From contig JARGFS010000003.1 of the NCBI GenBank assembly GCA_029211095.1, positions 1 to 51,434 of the forward strand: a stretch of DNA of 51,434 nt, given 5' to 3'. The first letter of the stretch is position 1, and every line of letters begins with the position of its first letter. The notes beneath the pieces were generated by a model, which saw nothing but the letters and a program-made list of their open reading frames with translations, was not told the origin of the DNA and ran no database searches. Of this stretch, positions 9,860 to 19,818 are shown in pieces. The DNA comes from a bacterium. GTDB lineage: Bacteria > Zixibacteria > MSB-5A5 > GN15 > FEB-12. A program made the translations under genes and the position numbers.

Positions 9860-10258
9860 CTAAGGCCCTTCCTGCTCCCACTCCCTCACCACAGTCGTTT
9901 GGATGCCGCCGCGAGAGTTGAAGATTCCCTCCAACCTTGCCCGGCGCGGTTTCGCTGCCGCTACAACATCATCAAGAACCCGATTGACCACATTCTCGTG
10001 AAATATCCCTTTATCACGGAATGCGAGAAGATATTCTTTGAAACTCTTCAGTTCCAAGCAGCGCCTGTCTGGTACATAGGTTAGTTTGAGCACCGCAAAA
10101 TCGGGCAGACCGGTTTTGGGGCAGATACAGGAGAACTCGTTGACCGACATCTGGATTTCATAATCCCGGTCCGGGTAGATGTTCTCAAACAGTTCTATTT
10201 CAGGCGTTTTCCAGTCACGGATGCCAGACTGGCGGCCCTCGTAATCAGATTTATTCAT
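9860..10258 (-). CDS. queF: NADPH-dependent 7-cyano-7-deazaguanine (preQ0) reductase, unimodular type
   Basis: EFSCICPKTGLPDFA, LELKSFKEYL, FHE, RGGI motifs. Confidence 0.95.
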   Translation of the reverse strand: MNKSDYEGRQSGIRDWKTPEIELFENIYPDRDYEIQMSVNEFSCICPKTGLPDFAVLKLTYVPDRRCLELKSFKEYLLAFRDKGIFHENVVNRVLDDVVAAAKPRRARLEGIFNSRGGIQTTVVREWEQEGP

Positions 10259-10264
10259 GGACCA

Positions 10265-10293
10265 AATATAACCAGCCGCGCCCGATAAGGCAA
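10265..10293 (-). promoter_or_regulatory. Sigma70-type promoter for leaderless queF
   Basis: TTGCCT-N17-TATATT ending 6 nt before the ATG; no SD. Confidence 0.65.
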
Positions 10294-10309
10294 CGGGAGT
10301 GTGGTCTGT

Positions 10310-10411
10310 TGCGGCAGGTCTTGATCCGCTTTTCGCGGATTGTGACCTGCCACTAAGCTAACAGGTGGATGTCGGGTCACATCCTGCTAAAGCAGGTCAA
10401 GACTCGATGCA
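10310..10411. repeat. Inverted pair of ~42-bp palindromic elements (REPIN-like)
   Basis: TGCGGCAGGTCTTGATCCGCTTTTCGCGGATTGTGACCTGCC and the reverse complement of 10371-10411 (TGCATCGAGTCTTGACCTGCTTTAGCAGGATGTGACCCGAC) align; each is an internal hairpin. Confidence 0.6.
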
Positions 10412-10487
10412 AAAGCCTGGTTCCGGGAGGATTGTCAGGTCGTGAATCCTGAAAAACAAGGAGAGGTCTGGCTTTCGGGCAATAGGA

Positions 10488-10515
10488 TTGATTTCAATGT
10501 AGGAAGCTGTATATT
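10488..10515 (+). promoter_or_regulatory. Possible sigma70 promoter of queC-queE-queD
   Basis: TTGATT-N16-TATATT. Confidence 0.45.
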
Positions 10516-10519
10516 GGTT

Positions 10520-10544
10520 CTGGATTCCGCTTCGCGGGAATGAC
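10520..10544. repeat. CTGGATTCC..GCGGGAATGAC-type dispersed palindromic repeat
   Basis: CTGGATTCCGCTTCGCGGGAATGAC resembles the widespread GTCATTCCCGC..GGGAATCCAG repeat (dRS3/RPE-like). Confidence 0.6.
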
Positions 10545-10645
10545 TTGTGAGAGCAGAGATGTTTGAGAGCAGAAAAATCTGAGAGCGGGAATTACTTGGG
10601 TGGACGGAAACTATATTGGTGAATGAACTACAGTGAGATTCTGTT

Positions 10646-11353
10646 TTGAGTGAGTTGAGTAATCAGAAAAAAGCAGTGGTGCTGCTCAGCGGTGGGTTGG
10701 ATTCCTATACCACGGCCGCTATAGCCAAAGAGGATGGTTTTGAAATTTACGCCATCAGTTTTGACTATGGCCAGCGGCATCGGTTTGAACTGGAGGGAGC
10801 AAAAAAGATCGCGCTATCACTTAAAGTCAAGCAGCACCTGGTGCAGGTAGTTGACCTAAGATCAATCGGAGGTTCGGCCCTTACCGATGACATTGCCGTG
10901 CCCGATGCGACTGAAGGGACAAGTTCCGAAATACCAGTCACCTATGTCCCGGCGCGCAACACGATTTTTCTGTCGCTGGCCCTTGCATGGGCTGAAGTGC
11001 TCGGGGCGGAGTCGATTTTCATTGGGGCCAATGCGGTTGACTATTCCGGCTACCCGGACTGCCGGCCGGAGTTCATTGAGTCGTTTGAGAAGATGGCTAA
11101 TCTGGCCACGAGGGTTGGCGTTCAAGGGGGGCAGATCAAAGTATCGGCACCACTGATGGAGTTGTCGAAGTCAGAAATAATCAAGAAGGGGATCAGCCTC
11201 GGGCTGGACTACTCGCTGACGATTAGTTGCTACAACCTGGATCAGTCCGGTCATGCCTGTGGCAAGTGCGACAGTTGCCGTTTGAGACGTAATGGGTTCA
11301 AAGAAGCAGACGTGCCGGACCCTACTATCTATAGCCAACCGAAGCAGAGTTAG
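10646..11353 (+). CDS. queC: 7-cyano-7-deazaguanine synthase
   Basis: [35 protein letters not shown] zinc site; TTG start. Confidence 0.96.
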   Translation: MSELSNQKKAVVLLSGGLDSYTTAAIAKEDGFEIYAISFDYGQRHRFELEGAKKIALSLKVKQHLVQVVDLRSIGGSALTDDIAVPDATEGTSSEIPVTYVPARNTIFLSLALAWAEVLGAESIFIGANAVDYSGYPDCRPEFIESFEKMANLATRVGVQGGQIKVSAPLMELSKSEIIKKGISLGLDYSLTISCYNLDQSGHACGKCDSCRLRRNGFKEADVPDPTIYSQPKQS

Positions 11354-12103
11354 ATGGACTACAAACCAGCCATAGCCAGTTGGCCGCATGATTTTGAAGA
11401 TAAGCTGCCGCTCTCCGAATTGTTTCTGTCGGTTCAGGGGGAAGGTCGGTATGCTGGATACCCGGCCCTCTTTATTCGATTCCAATACTGCAATCTTGGC
11501 TGCGCCTGGTGTGATACCAGGTTTAGCTGGGACAAGAACGAGCTTGAGGAGGGGAGTTTGCTGACAGTGACCGAATTAGTTGGGCAAGCCAAGCAGGCGA
11601 TTGCAGTGGGAGAGAATCGCCCTGAGGGCGTACATGTTGTGCTTACCGGTGGCGAACCGATGCTGCATCAGGATCGTCTGCCAGTCTTGATGGAACAGAT
11701 GCGCAGGGCCGGTTTCAATTTCTTTGAGATCGAGACGAACGGTATGTTTGTGCCATCGACAGAAATGCTGAAAGCGATAGACTGGTGGAACTGCTCCCCC
11801 AAGCTGAGCAACAGCGGTCTTCCAATTGAGAATTGTCTGGTGCCGGAAGCGATAAAAGCTATCTCCGGGACCGACCGGGCGGACTTCAAGTTCGTAGTTT
11901 CAGAAGCGAGTGATCTGGATGAACTTACTAAGTACTATCTGCCGCTGATTAAGAGAGAACAGGTTATGCTGATGCCGGAAGGGTATACGCAGAAAAGACA
12001 GCTCCGCAATAGTCCATGGGTGATCCGGGAATGTGCCAAACGCGGCTTTCGTTTCAGTCCCAGATTGCATATATTGGCCTTTGGAAATGAACGAGGAAAA
12101 TAA
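11354..12103 (+). CDS. queE: 7-carboxy-7-deazaguanine synthase (radical SAM)
   Basis: SVQGEG, CNLGCAWCDT, TGGEP, IETNG, CSPKL, PRLH; abuts queC stop. Confidence 0.93.
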   Translation: MDYKPAIASWPHDFEDKLPLSELFLSVQGEGRYAGYPALFIRFQYCNLGCAWCDTRFSWDKNELEEGSLLTVTELVGQAKQAIAVGENRPEGVHVVLTGGEPMLHQDRLPVLMEQMRRAGFNFFEIETNGMFVPSTEMLKAIDWWNCSPKLSNSGLPIENCLVPEAIKAISGTDRADFKFVVSEASDLDELTKYYLPLIKREQVMLMPEGYTQKRQLRNSPWVIRECAKRGFRFSPRLHILAFGNERGK

Positions 12104-12115
12104 CGGCTAAATTGA

Positions 12116-12478
12116 ATGATTGTCAAACTTACCAAGAATTTCAGCTTTGAGGCATCGCACCGCCTCGACCATCTTCCCGAAACTCACCCCTGTTACAACC
12201 TTCACGGCCATTCCTATCGTGTCCGGGTTGAGGTAACTGGCGAAGTAAATGAGCAGACCGGCTTTCTTTTGGACTACGCCGATCTCAAAGCGGCCATCCA
12301 GCCGGTTATCAAAATGCTGGACCACAAGCATCTCAATGACATTGAAGGACTCCGGTTGACTTCGACCGAACATCTGGTCAAGTGGTTGTGGGACCGGTTA
12401 AAACCAGATCTGCCAATTCTCAGCAAGATCACGATTTTTGAAACGGACTCAACCAGCTGTGAATATACCGGCGAGTAG
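12116..12478 (+). CDS. queD: 6-carboxy-5,6,7,8-tetrahydropterin synthase
   Basis: FEASH, C.NLHGHSY, LDHKHLND, TSTE, IFET. Confidence 0.95.
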   Translation: MIVKLTKNFSFEASHRLDHLPETHPCYNLHGHSYRVRVEVTGEVNEQTGFLLDYADLKAAIQPVIKMLDHKHLNDIEGLRLTSTEHLVKWLWDRLKPDLPILSKITIFETDSTSCEYTGE

Positions 12479-15400
12479 CAAGCTACACTTTCTACAATCA
12501 TATCGCACCGCTCTCTTAATTCTCCTACTCGCATTTGCCTTGTCCGCTACTGTTAGGGCATCATCAATTGCACCCAGTGGCAGCGGTCGCCCGGCTGACT
12601 ACTGGCAGCAGGAAGTCAACTACGAGATGCAAGTCAGCCTCCGGGCGGATCTAAGAACCATTGTTGGCAACGTTCAGATTGAGTACATAAATAATTCCCC
12701 TGACAGTTTGAAGGTGATCTATTTCAAGGCTTTCCCGAATGCGATCCGGAAAGATTCCTACGCCGACAAAAAACGAAGGTCAATGAACGACTACTCCCTG
12801 GCCTCACTTAAACCGGAACAGGAGGGGAGACTCACGCTGGACAAGGATCGCTCCGTTTCAAGGGGTGAGTTTACATTCGAGAACAGCATCATAACCTACC
12901 ATCTCGACCGTCCCCTACCGCCGAATGACAGTGCCCGGTTTGAATTTGATTTTACCACGGTACTCCCTTCTCCGGATGCCATGCGGATGGGATACAGCCG
13001 ACAGGTAACCAAGGCTGCCTACTGGTATCCACAGGTATGCGTTTATGATTGGAAGCTGGGCTGGGTGAATTCGCAGTATATTGGATGGGGGGAATCTTAT
13101 GGTGACTTTGGGAATTTCGATGTAGCCATAACGGCGCCGGAGAATCAGGTTGTTGCCGCTACCGGCCAATTGGTGAACGAAGCCGAGGTTCTCCCCGGGG
13201 ATATTCGCTCCGGCCTGGATATCAAGAACTATCTGTTGCCGCGATCCGAATGGCCAAACCTGAACCTGGACAAAGAGAACAGCAAGACCTGGCATTATGT
13301 CGCCGAAAACGTCCCAGATTTTGTTTTCACGGCGTCATCAGAGTTCTGTATTGACAGTGGATCGGTCAACGGTGTCCGGGTTGTTTCTTATCCACTGAGA
13401 TCAAAAGCGGCCGGGTGGGTTGATGCGGTCCGGTTGGGGAAAAAGGCGATAGAAACATTTTCGGAGTTGTACTTCCCTTACCAGTGGCCGGTAATTCGCA
13501 TTTGCGATGCCTATGGCGGCATGGAATACCCGATGCTGACCAATTGCAGTGGGAAGGGACCTTCGCCATTTTTCAGTATGCTTCTCTACCACGAGATTGG
13601 TCATCAGTGGTTTATGGGGCAGGTTGCCTCCAATCCGGTGGATCGTCCTTTTCTTGACGAAGGGTTCACGACCCATGCCGAGCACAATGCGATGGAAAAA
13701 TATCGAGGACGCGCAGGAAACTATGTTAATTACAAGAACTGGTATCAAAGAAAATTCGCGCCATTAATAGAAAATCGCAATGCACGCGGGTTCAGGCCGC
13801 TCTACCTCTTAATGAAGCGTGGTTATGACAAGCCGATGACTTTCTCGTTCGACCAGGGGGAAGAGTACTGGACGTATCGGGTCTCCGCCTATTACAAATC
13901 AGCAGCGATGCATTACTCCTTAAGATCGATTTTTGGTGATAGTCTGTACTACCGGACGATGCACCAATATTGTGATCGTTGGTTCTTTGGGCATCCGTAC
14001 GAAAATGACTTCACGGCTGTCTTTGAAGAAGTGACCGGGACAGAGCTTGACAACTACCTGCAGCAGTGGTACTACGGAAGGAAGCGGACCGACTACGCCT
14101 ATACCGGTCGTTCCCGGGCGGAGCAGGGACGCTACTATGAACACAAGATCAAACTCAGGAACAAAGGGAGGTTTGTCTCGCCCATTGACGTGGCCATTAT
14201 CTGGAAGCAGGGGGATACAACTCTATACACAGTCTCTCCCGAAGGGATGGCGTACGCCAAGCCGGGGTATGTCAGTTTACCGGTCTGGCCGCAGTTCAGA
14301 AATCTTAACCGGGAGTATGAGTTTACCGTTCGGGCCCAGCGAGAAATCAAAAAGATTGTCATTGATCCGTTTAATCTGCTGGTCGATCTGGAACGAAGAA
14401 ACAACAGCTCAGACTTTCTGCCGCCAATAGAATTGAAACTAGATAATATGAAATTCGACCGGACGCCTCTGTATGAATATGCTCTTCGGTGGCGGCCGGA
14501 CCTCTGGTACACCAAAGCGAATGGAGTTGAGATAGGGGCTCATTGGCACGGTTCCTATCTTGAAGTGGATGATCGCATCTCCCTGGATGCCAGAGTTGGT
14601 ACTGAATCGGTCAGACCATTTATTGATTTCCGGTTGTCCGACCAATCCTCACTGCTGGGACGGAACGGCTATGCCGGATGGCGTGTGCTTAGATCGGACC
14701 GGAGAACTTATGTTTCTCAATGGTTTGAAAAGAGATTTCAGTCCCGGCTCACTATTGCAAACTACAACACTCTTCGTCTGGAAATGAATAGTCTTGATCT
14801 TAGCTCACATCAACTGAGTCGCTTCCAACCGCTGCCGTCAGAGCTGCAGGAGTATTTGCCGGAGAGTACATGGGATGGAAACACAACTTATTACATGAAC
14901 GTACTGTTTGAACACTCTCGTACTTTTAGATATGGGACGTTTTTCTGGGAGACTGCTGCCAACAGCGGTTTGTACAAGGAACTGCTCAGTCATAGAGGGT
15001 TCGTGATACACGAAGAAAAAATCAGCCTTGCTCTTACCAGAAAATCGAAAAACTATTTAGAACTGTCTCTTGAGTACCTGGGAACAACCGGCGTACCCCC
15101 TTCGCAATTTATCCCGCATCTCAGTAGAGCTTCGGCAGCTTACGCCTTTGTCAACGCGCCGCTGTTTCGGGGAAGAGGTACCATTCCGGAAGGCTGGACC
15201 GACAATTTCTATCTCTCCGGCTCCCGCGTCCGGGGCTACCAGGACCGAAATGTTTACCTGACCGAAGCTATGAGCGGCAGCCTTGAGTTGATCCCCCCTG
15301 ATCTTTTGCCGTATCGCTGGTTTGGAAAGGTTCCGCTGATCGGTAACTTTCTGAGCGGAATTGACCAGTCATTTTTCTGTGACCTGGCTGTCGTCTCGTT

Positions 15401-15635
15401 GGGAGAAATCAGCAGTTACTATCCTGCCCCTATCGGAATTTCAGAACTGTCCGGCAGCGGCAAGGTGGAAGAGAGCTACCTCTCCGCCGGTCTATCTATA
15501 CGCATGCCGCCGGTCTGGTCAGACCAGTCGTTGCAAATCGACTTTCCGTTTTACTTGAATAAACCGGCTGCCGATGAATCCGAGTTTGAATTTCGCCTGT
15601 CGTTTGCCTGGAGTGTGAACGCTGTTCGCCGGTAG
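12438..15635 (+). CDS. M1-family metallo-aminopeptidase with C-terminal putative outer-membrane beta-barrel extension
   Basis: YWQQ.V.Y, WYPQ, GGMEYP, HEIGHQWF-x-DEG; signal peptide; amphipathic C-terminal ~400 aa (VRGY, IDFPFY, FRLSFAW). Start uncertain (TTG 12438 or GTG 12459, both inside queD). Confidence 0.85.
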   Translation: MKRTQPAVNIPASSKLHFLQSYRTALLILLLAFALSATVRASSIAPSGSGRPADYWQQEVNYEMQVSLRADLRTIVGNVQIEYINNSPDSLKVIYFKAFPNAIRKDSYADKKRRSMNDYSLASLKPEQEGRLTLDKDRSVSRGEFTFENSIITYHLDRPLPPNDSARFEFDFTTVLPSPDAMRMGYSRQVTKAAYWYPQVCVYDWKLGWVNSQYIGWGESYGDFGNFDVAITAPENQVVAATGQLVNEAEVLPGDIRSGLDIKNYLLPRSEWPNLNLDKENSKTWHYVAENVPDFVFTASSEFCIDSGSVNGVRVVSYPLRSKAAGWVDAVRLGKKAIETFSELYFPYQWPVIRICDAYGGMEYPMLTNCSGKGPSPFFSMLLYHEIGHQWFMGQVASNPVDRPFLDEGFTTHAEHNAMEKYRGRAGNYVNYKNWYQRKFAPLIENRNARGFRPLYLLMKRGYDKPMTFSFDQGEEYWTYRVSAYYKSAAMHYSLRSIFGDSLYYRTMHQYCDRWFFGHPYENDFTAVFEEVTGTELDNYLQQWYYGRKRTDYAYTGRSRAEQGRYYEHKIKLRNKGRFVSPIDVAIIWKQGDTTLYTVSPEGMAYAKPGYVSLPVWPQFRNLNREYEFTVRAQREIKKIVIDPFNLLVDLERRNNSSDFLPPIELKLDNMKFDRTPLYEYALRWRPDLWYTKANGVEIGAHWHGSYLEVDDRISLDARVGTESVRPFIDFRLSDQSSLLGRNGYAGWRVLRSDRRTYVSQWFEKRFQSRLTIANYNTLRLEMNSLDLSSHQLSRFQPLPSELQEYLPESTWDGNTTYYMNVLFEHSRTFRYGTFFWETAANSGLYKELLSHRGFVIHEEKISLALTRKSKNYLELSLEYLGTTGVPPSQFIPHLSRASAAYAFVNAPLFRGRGTIPEGWTDNFYLSGSRVRGYQDRNVYLTEAMSGSLELIPPDLLPYRWFGKVPLIGNFLSGIDQSFFCDLAVVSLGEISSYYPAPIGISELSGSGKVEESYLSAGLSIRMPPVWSDQSLQIDFPFYLNKPAADESEFEFRLSFAWSVNAVRR

Positions 15636-15647
15636 AATCAGTCAGCT

Positions 15648-16634
15648 TCAAACCGACTGCTTCAGATATTTGAGCCGGAAATAGTCAAGCGCCTGGCGCA
15701 CATCTTCCGGATTGGAAATAGTCTCCAGGGCCACGCGGAGTTCTTTGGCCCCGTTAAATCCGGCCGCGTGTTCCCTGAGATGCTTACGCATGATCAGGAA
15801 ATTCTTTTCATCGCCAAAAATCTCAAGAAAAGAATCGGCGTGCATTTGCATGACATCAAGTCTTTCCGCCAGCGGAATTTCCGCACTCTTGCGGGTGCGA
15901 TCAAAAAGCCAGGGGTTGCCAAAAATAGCGCGCCCCAGCATGGCGCCATCTATTTCATACTTGTTGACCATCTCTTGAGCATGGTCCAGGTCGCGAAGGT
16001 CCCCGTTCCCCATCAGGAGGGTGTTGCTCCCCTTGAACATGGGAGCGGCAATTTCCATCTCTTCCCAGTGTGCTTCCACTTTGGACATCTCTTTGGCTGT
16101 CCTGAGGTGCACTGTCACCGCCACCGGTTCGGTCTGGAGCAAGTGCCCCAGCCATTCTTCGGTAATTCTCTTGTTGAATCCGATCCTTGTTTTTACAGAA
16201 ACCGGAAGGTTCCCGGCACCTTCAATAGTGGCGTGGATAATCTCTTTGGCCAGTTCCGGGTCCTTGATCAAGGCCGCCCCGGAACTCTGTTTGCAGATAT
16301 TTTTGTCCGGGCAGCCCATGTTGATATCAATACCGTCGAACTTCAAGTCCTGCACCATCTCTGCCGTTTTCAAAAAGTACTCCGGCTCTTTACCGAAAAC
16401 CTGGGCGACTATAGGGCGCTGGTTTTCATCGTACCGAAGCAGCTTCATCAGTTTTGGCCGACCGGGGGAGAAAAGTCCCCGACAGGAGACAAACTCGGTG
16501 AAGAAAACATCCGGCTTCCCTAGTCCGGCGATAACACGGCGGAAGGCGGCATCGGTGACATCGATCATCGGTGCCAGCGTAAAAATCGGTTTGGGTAAAT
16601 CTTTCCAGAATCCGGCGGGTCTATTCATGGGCAT
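15648..16634 (-). CDS. dus: tRNA-dihydrouridine synthase (Dus family)
   Basis: LAPM.DVTD.AFR, TEFV, DINMGCP, VSVKTRIG, HLRT, GNGD, MLGRA.GNPW; start ATG 16634 or 16628. Confidence 0.93.
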   Translation of the reverse strand: MPMNRPAGFWKDLPKPIFTLAPMIDVTDAAFRRVIAGLGKPDVFFTEFVSCRGLFSPGRPKLMKLLRYDENQRPIVAQVFGKEPEYFLKTAEMVQDLKFDGIDINMGCPDKNICKQSSGAALIKDPELAKEIIHATIEGAGNLPVSVKTRIGFNKRITEEWLGHLLQTEPVAVTVHLRTAKEMSKVEAHWEEMEIAAPMFKGSNTLLMGNGDLRDLDHAQEMVNKYEIDGAMLGRAIFGNPWLFDRTRKSAEIPLAERLDVMQMHADSFLEIFGDEKNFLIMRKHLREHAAGFNGAKELRVALETISNPEDVRQALDYFRLKYLKQSV

Positions 16635-16712
16635 ATATATAATCAATCGGAGCGTTGGTGCAATCTGTTTTCTGACTATGGACCTGGGAGATTGGGGGTC
16701 AGACTGTCCTGG

Positions 16713-17885
16713 TTATTTTCTGAAGAACTCAAGGTACTTGTACCCACTTCCGGTCAAAAACAGTACGACCTGATCAGTGGCGGCAACGAATCCGCTGGCA
16801 AGCAACTTCTTTAGTGCCGCCAGTGTCGCACCTGCTTCGGGTGCGGCAAAGATCCCTTCCTGAGAGGCCAAATCCAGAGTGGACTTATAAATCTCCTGTT
16901 CTGAGACGGATATGGCGGTGCCGTTGCTTTCGCGAACGGCATTGAGGATCAGGAAATCTCCTACGGCCGAGGGGACTCGTAGTCCCAATGCGGCTGTTTC
17001 CGGATGGGGCCAGAGTTCCGCCTCTTTTTTACCTTCGTCAAACGCCTTAACAATCGGAGCACACCCTTCGCTCTGGACCGATACCATCCGTGGACGCTTT
17101 GAGTCTATCAGGCCAAGCTGCTCCAACTCATCAAACGCCTTCCACATCCCAATCAATCCGGTGCCGCCGCCGGTGGGGTAAATGATAACATCCGGTAATG
17201 TCCAGCCCAGCTGCTCGGCCAATTCGTACCCCATTGTTTTTTTGCCTTCAATTCGGTACGGTTCTTTGAGCGTGGCGACAGAAAAATAATCCTCCGAGGC
17301 TACCAGCCCGGCCGCATACTCACCACAATCTTTGATACTGCCATCAATCAGTTCCACTCGTGCGCCATGCGCCTGGCAGTCGGTGATGAATACGGGGTCG
17401 GACGCCGAAGGCATCACCACGCATATTTCCATGGAGGCTCGTGCACCATAGGCGGACAGGGCGCTGCCTGCATTTCCGGCCGTGGGTACAATGAGTTTGT
17501 TGAGTCCCAGTTCGTGTGCCCGGGAGACAGCCATACTCAGACCGCGCGCTTTGAACGAACCGGTCGGGTTGGTGGATTCATCTTTCAGGAGTAGGTTCTT
17601 CAGGCCAAGTTTAACGCCGGTTCTTTGGGCGGCAAGGAGTTCTGTGCCTCCCTCTCCAAGACTTATGACATGCTTCCGGTTTTGAACGGGAAGCATCTCC
17701 CGGTACTTCCACATATTCTGGTCGCGACCCTTGAGCGATTCAACCGTCAGGCTTTTCATTGCAAGAGCATAGTCGTACTCAACCAGAAGTGGTTTTCCGC
17801 ACTGGCAGAGATTCACTATTTCTGAAAGAGAATATTGTTTGCCGCATTCTGAGCAGCGGAGATTGATCGAGGTTGAATTGGTCAT
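16713..17885 (-). CDS. thrC: Threonine synthase (PLP-dependent, N-terminal Zn-ribbon)
   Basis: C..CG..C.CG, SLGEG.T, NPTGSFKARG, AGNAG, EGKKTMGYE, YPTGGG, TGSG.K. Confidence 0.88.
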   Translation of the reverse strand: MTNSTSINLRCSECGKQYSLSEIVNLCQCGKPLLVEYDYALAMKSLTVESLKGRDQNMWKYREMLPVQNRKHVISLGEGGTELLAAQRTGVKLGLKNLLLKDESTNPTGSFKARGLSMAVSRAHELGLNKLIVPTAGNAGSALSAYGARASMEICVVMPSASDPVFITDCQAHGARVELIDGSIKDCGEYAAGLVASEDYFSVATLKEPYRIEGKKTMGYELAEQLGWTLPDVIIYPTGGGTGLIGMWKAFDELEQLGLIDSKRPRMVSVQSEGCAPIVKAFDEGKKEAELWPHPETAALGLRVPSAVGDFLILNAVRESNGTAISVSEQEIYKSTLDLASQEGIFAAPEAGATLAALKKLLASGFVAATDQVVLFLTGSGYKYLEFFRK

Positions 17886-17888
17886 TAC

Positions 17889-19724
17889 TTACTTAACCTG
17901 TAACTGTCTCCGGGTCTCTACCCAGTCTTTGATCCGTTCTTCAAGTACCATCAGTGGTATCGGTCCGGTCTCCAGGATTGTGTCGTGGAAGCCCCGGATA
18001 TCAAAAGTGTCGCCGAGTTCCTTTTCCGCGTAAGCGCGAAGTTCACGGATTTTTAGCTCCCCAATTTTATAGGCCAGGGCCTGTCCGGGCCAAACAATAT
18101 AGCGGTCAATTTCCACGATGATATCATGCTCGCTTTTGCTGGAATTCTCTTTGAAATATTCAATCGCCTGCTCTCTTGTCCAGCCTTTGTAATGCATCCC
18201 CACATCGACAACCAGGCGGATGGCTCGCCACATTTCATAGGTGAGCTGACCGAATTTGGAATAGGGGTCTTCATAAAAACCCATTTCTTCGCCCAGCTTC
18301 TCGGCATAGAGACCCCACCCCTCTCCATAGGCAGTGATCCAGCTGTTCCGCCTGAACCTGGGCAGGTTGGTCAGTTCCCTGGCAATGGAGATTTGAAGGT
18401 GATGTCCGGGGACAGCTTCGTGAAGGCTCAATGCTTCCATCTCCCACTTTGGTCGGGAGGCCAGATCATAGGTGTTGACGAAATAGTAGCCGGGGCGACG
18501 AGCGGCATGAGAGCCGGGCTGATAGTAAGCGGTTGTCTGGGACTTGGCCCCGTAGTCCGGAATTTCAATGACTCCGTAGGGCAGGCGGGGGAGGACACCA
18601 AACAGCTTGACCAATTGGGCATCAGCCCGTTTGGAAATGTCCCGATACTCGCGCACAAGATCACGCGCCTCGGTGAAATAGAATTGGTCGCTGGTCCGAA
18701 GGAACTCGCAGAAAGAACCGAAATCTCCCTTGAACCCGGTGCTATCGATAATCTCTTCCATTTCGGCCCGAATTCTTTTCACTTCACCCAGACCGATCTC
18801 ATGGATTTGATTCGGGGTGAGGTCTGTAGTGGTGTAGTACCGGCACAGATATTCATACCACTCTTTACCGAGCGGAAGGGCCGACAGTCCAATCTCTTCA
18901 CGACAGCCAGGGATATATTTACTGACGAGAAAAGTGTGCAACCGCTTCAGAGAGGGGAGCGCCTTGCTCCGGTAAACTGTGTAGGCTTCGTTCTGGATTT
19001 CCGTTTGCTGCTTCTCAGTAACTGTTTCCGGAAACTCCCCAAACACTTCCAGCATGGGGGCCGTGGAAGGCTCTTCGGCAATCTGGCTGAGTACCTGTTC
19101 CGGCAGATCACGCATGGTAACTCTGGGCGGGGTGATCTTCTGTTCCAGTCCCTTTTCCATGAGCATGATGGTTTGTGAAATCAGATCAGGCAGTGCTTTC
19201 AAACGAGCGATGATATTCTCATAGTCCTCCTTGCGGTCCGTGGACATGATACCGAACATCTCCGCCGCGGTCTGGTGAACGCCGCCCATCTGGTTGATGG
19301 GCATCAATTCCTGCTGATACTTTCGTGACTCCCGGTCAGTCAGTTTCTCCCGCATGAAGAGATCGTAACTAAGCCGGTCAACTTCGTGTAGCTCAGAGCG
19401 ATTGATAGATTCCAGGACGGCAATGATAGCGTCCTGCTCCTGCCGCCGGAACTCAATTGCTTCAAAGGAGCGATCGGTCCAACGATCATCCTGACCGGCA
19501 AATCCGTTATAGGTGGCTGACTCGGGCGATCTCAGCATCCGGTTTTCCCAGTCCATCTCGAACAGTTGGTGTAATCGTTCGGACTCTGAGAGACCGTCTG
19601 TTTTCGCTTCAAGGGCTTGGCAGGCTTCAATAAATTTAGTGTCATTCTGTTTCATAGCGCTCAGGTCTCCGGGTACTATCAGGGCAGCTATTATAGCCAA
19701 AACCGGCGAAAAAGCTTTTTGCAT
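17889..19724 (-). CDS. DUF885-family secreted protein (putative metallopeptidase)
   Basis: HEAVPGHHLQ, AYGEGWGLYAE, WRA.RLVVD.GMH, RY..WPGQALAYK.G; start reassigned to ATG 19724 (signal peptide MQKAFSPVLAIIAAL). Confidence 0.9.
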   Translation of the reverse strand: MQKAFSPVLAIIAALIVPGDLSAMKQNDTKFIEACQALEAKTDGLSESERLHQLFEMDWENRMLRSPESATYNGFAGQDDRWTDRSFEAIEFRRQEQDAIIAVLESINRSELHEVDRLSYDLFMREKLTDRESRKYQQELMPINQMGGVHQTAAEMFGIMSTDRKEDYENIIARLKALPDLISQTIMLMEKGLEQKITPPRVTMRDLPEQVLSQIAEEPSTAPMLEVFGEFPETVTEKQQTEIQNEAYTVYRSKALPSLKRLHTFLVSKYIPGCREEIGLSALPLGKEWYEYLCRYYTTTDLTPNQIHEIGLGEVKRIRAEMEEIIDSTGFKGDFGSFCEFLRTSDQFYFTEARDLVREYRDISKRADAQLVKLFGVLPRLPYGVIEIPDYGAKSQTTAYYQPGSHAARRPGYYFVNTYDLASRPKWEMEALSLHEAVPGHHLQISIARELTNLPRFRRNSWITAYGEGWGLYAEKLGEEMGFYEDPYSKFGQLTYEMWRAIRLVVDVGMHYKGWTREQAIEYFKENSSKSEHDIIVEIDRYIVWPGQALAYKIGELKIRELRAYAEKELGDTFDIRGFHDTILETGPIPLMVLEERIKDWVETRRQLQVK

Positions 19725-19818
19725 TCTTAACTCATTGCTTGGGTAGTGGTTAGCATGTCTCAATATGAACCAGAGAAATGATTTCCGCAACGGAAAAGAG
19801 CTTTGTAAAACAAGGCCT

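Noticed and set aside
10259-10645. preQ1 riboswitch
   Set aside because: No short stem with the conserved loop plus A-rich 3' tail recognised; the hairpins match dispersed repeats. An Infernal search would be decisive
9860-12478. que genes as a 7-deazaguanine DNA-modification (dpd) or RiPP/antibiotic cluster
   Set aside because: No dpdA/tgt paralog, helicase or tailoring gene nearby; queF presence fits ordinary tRNA queuosine synthesis
18126-19178. 350-aa plus-strand ORF, and similar ORFs at 15768, 16021, 24121, 38656 and 40368
   Set aside because: Antisense to well-supported genes; expected from codon bias
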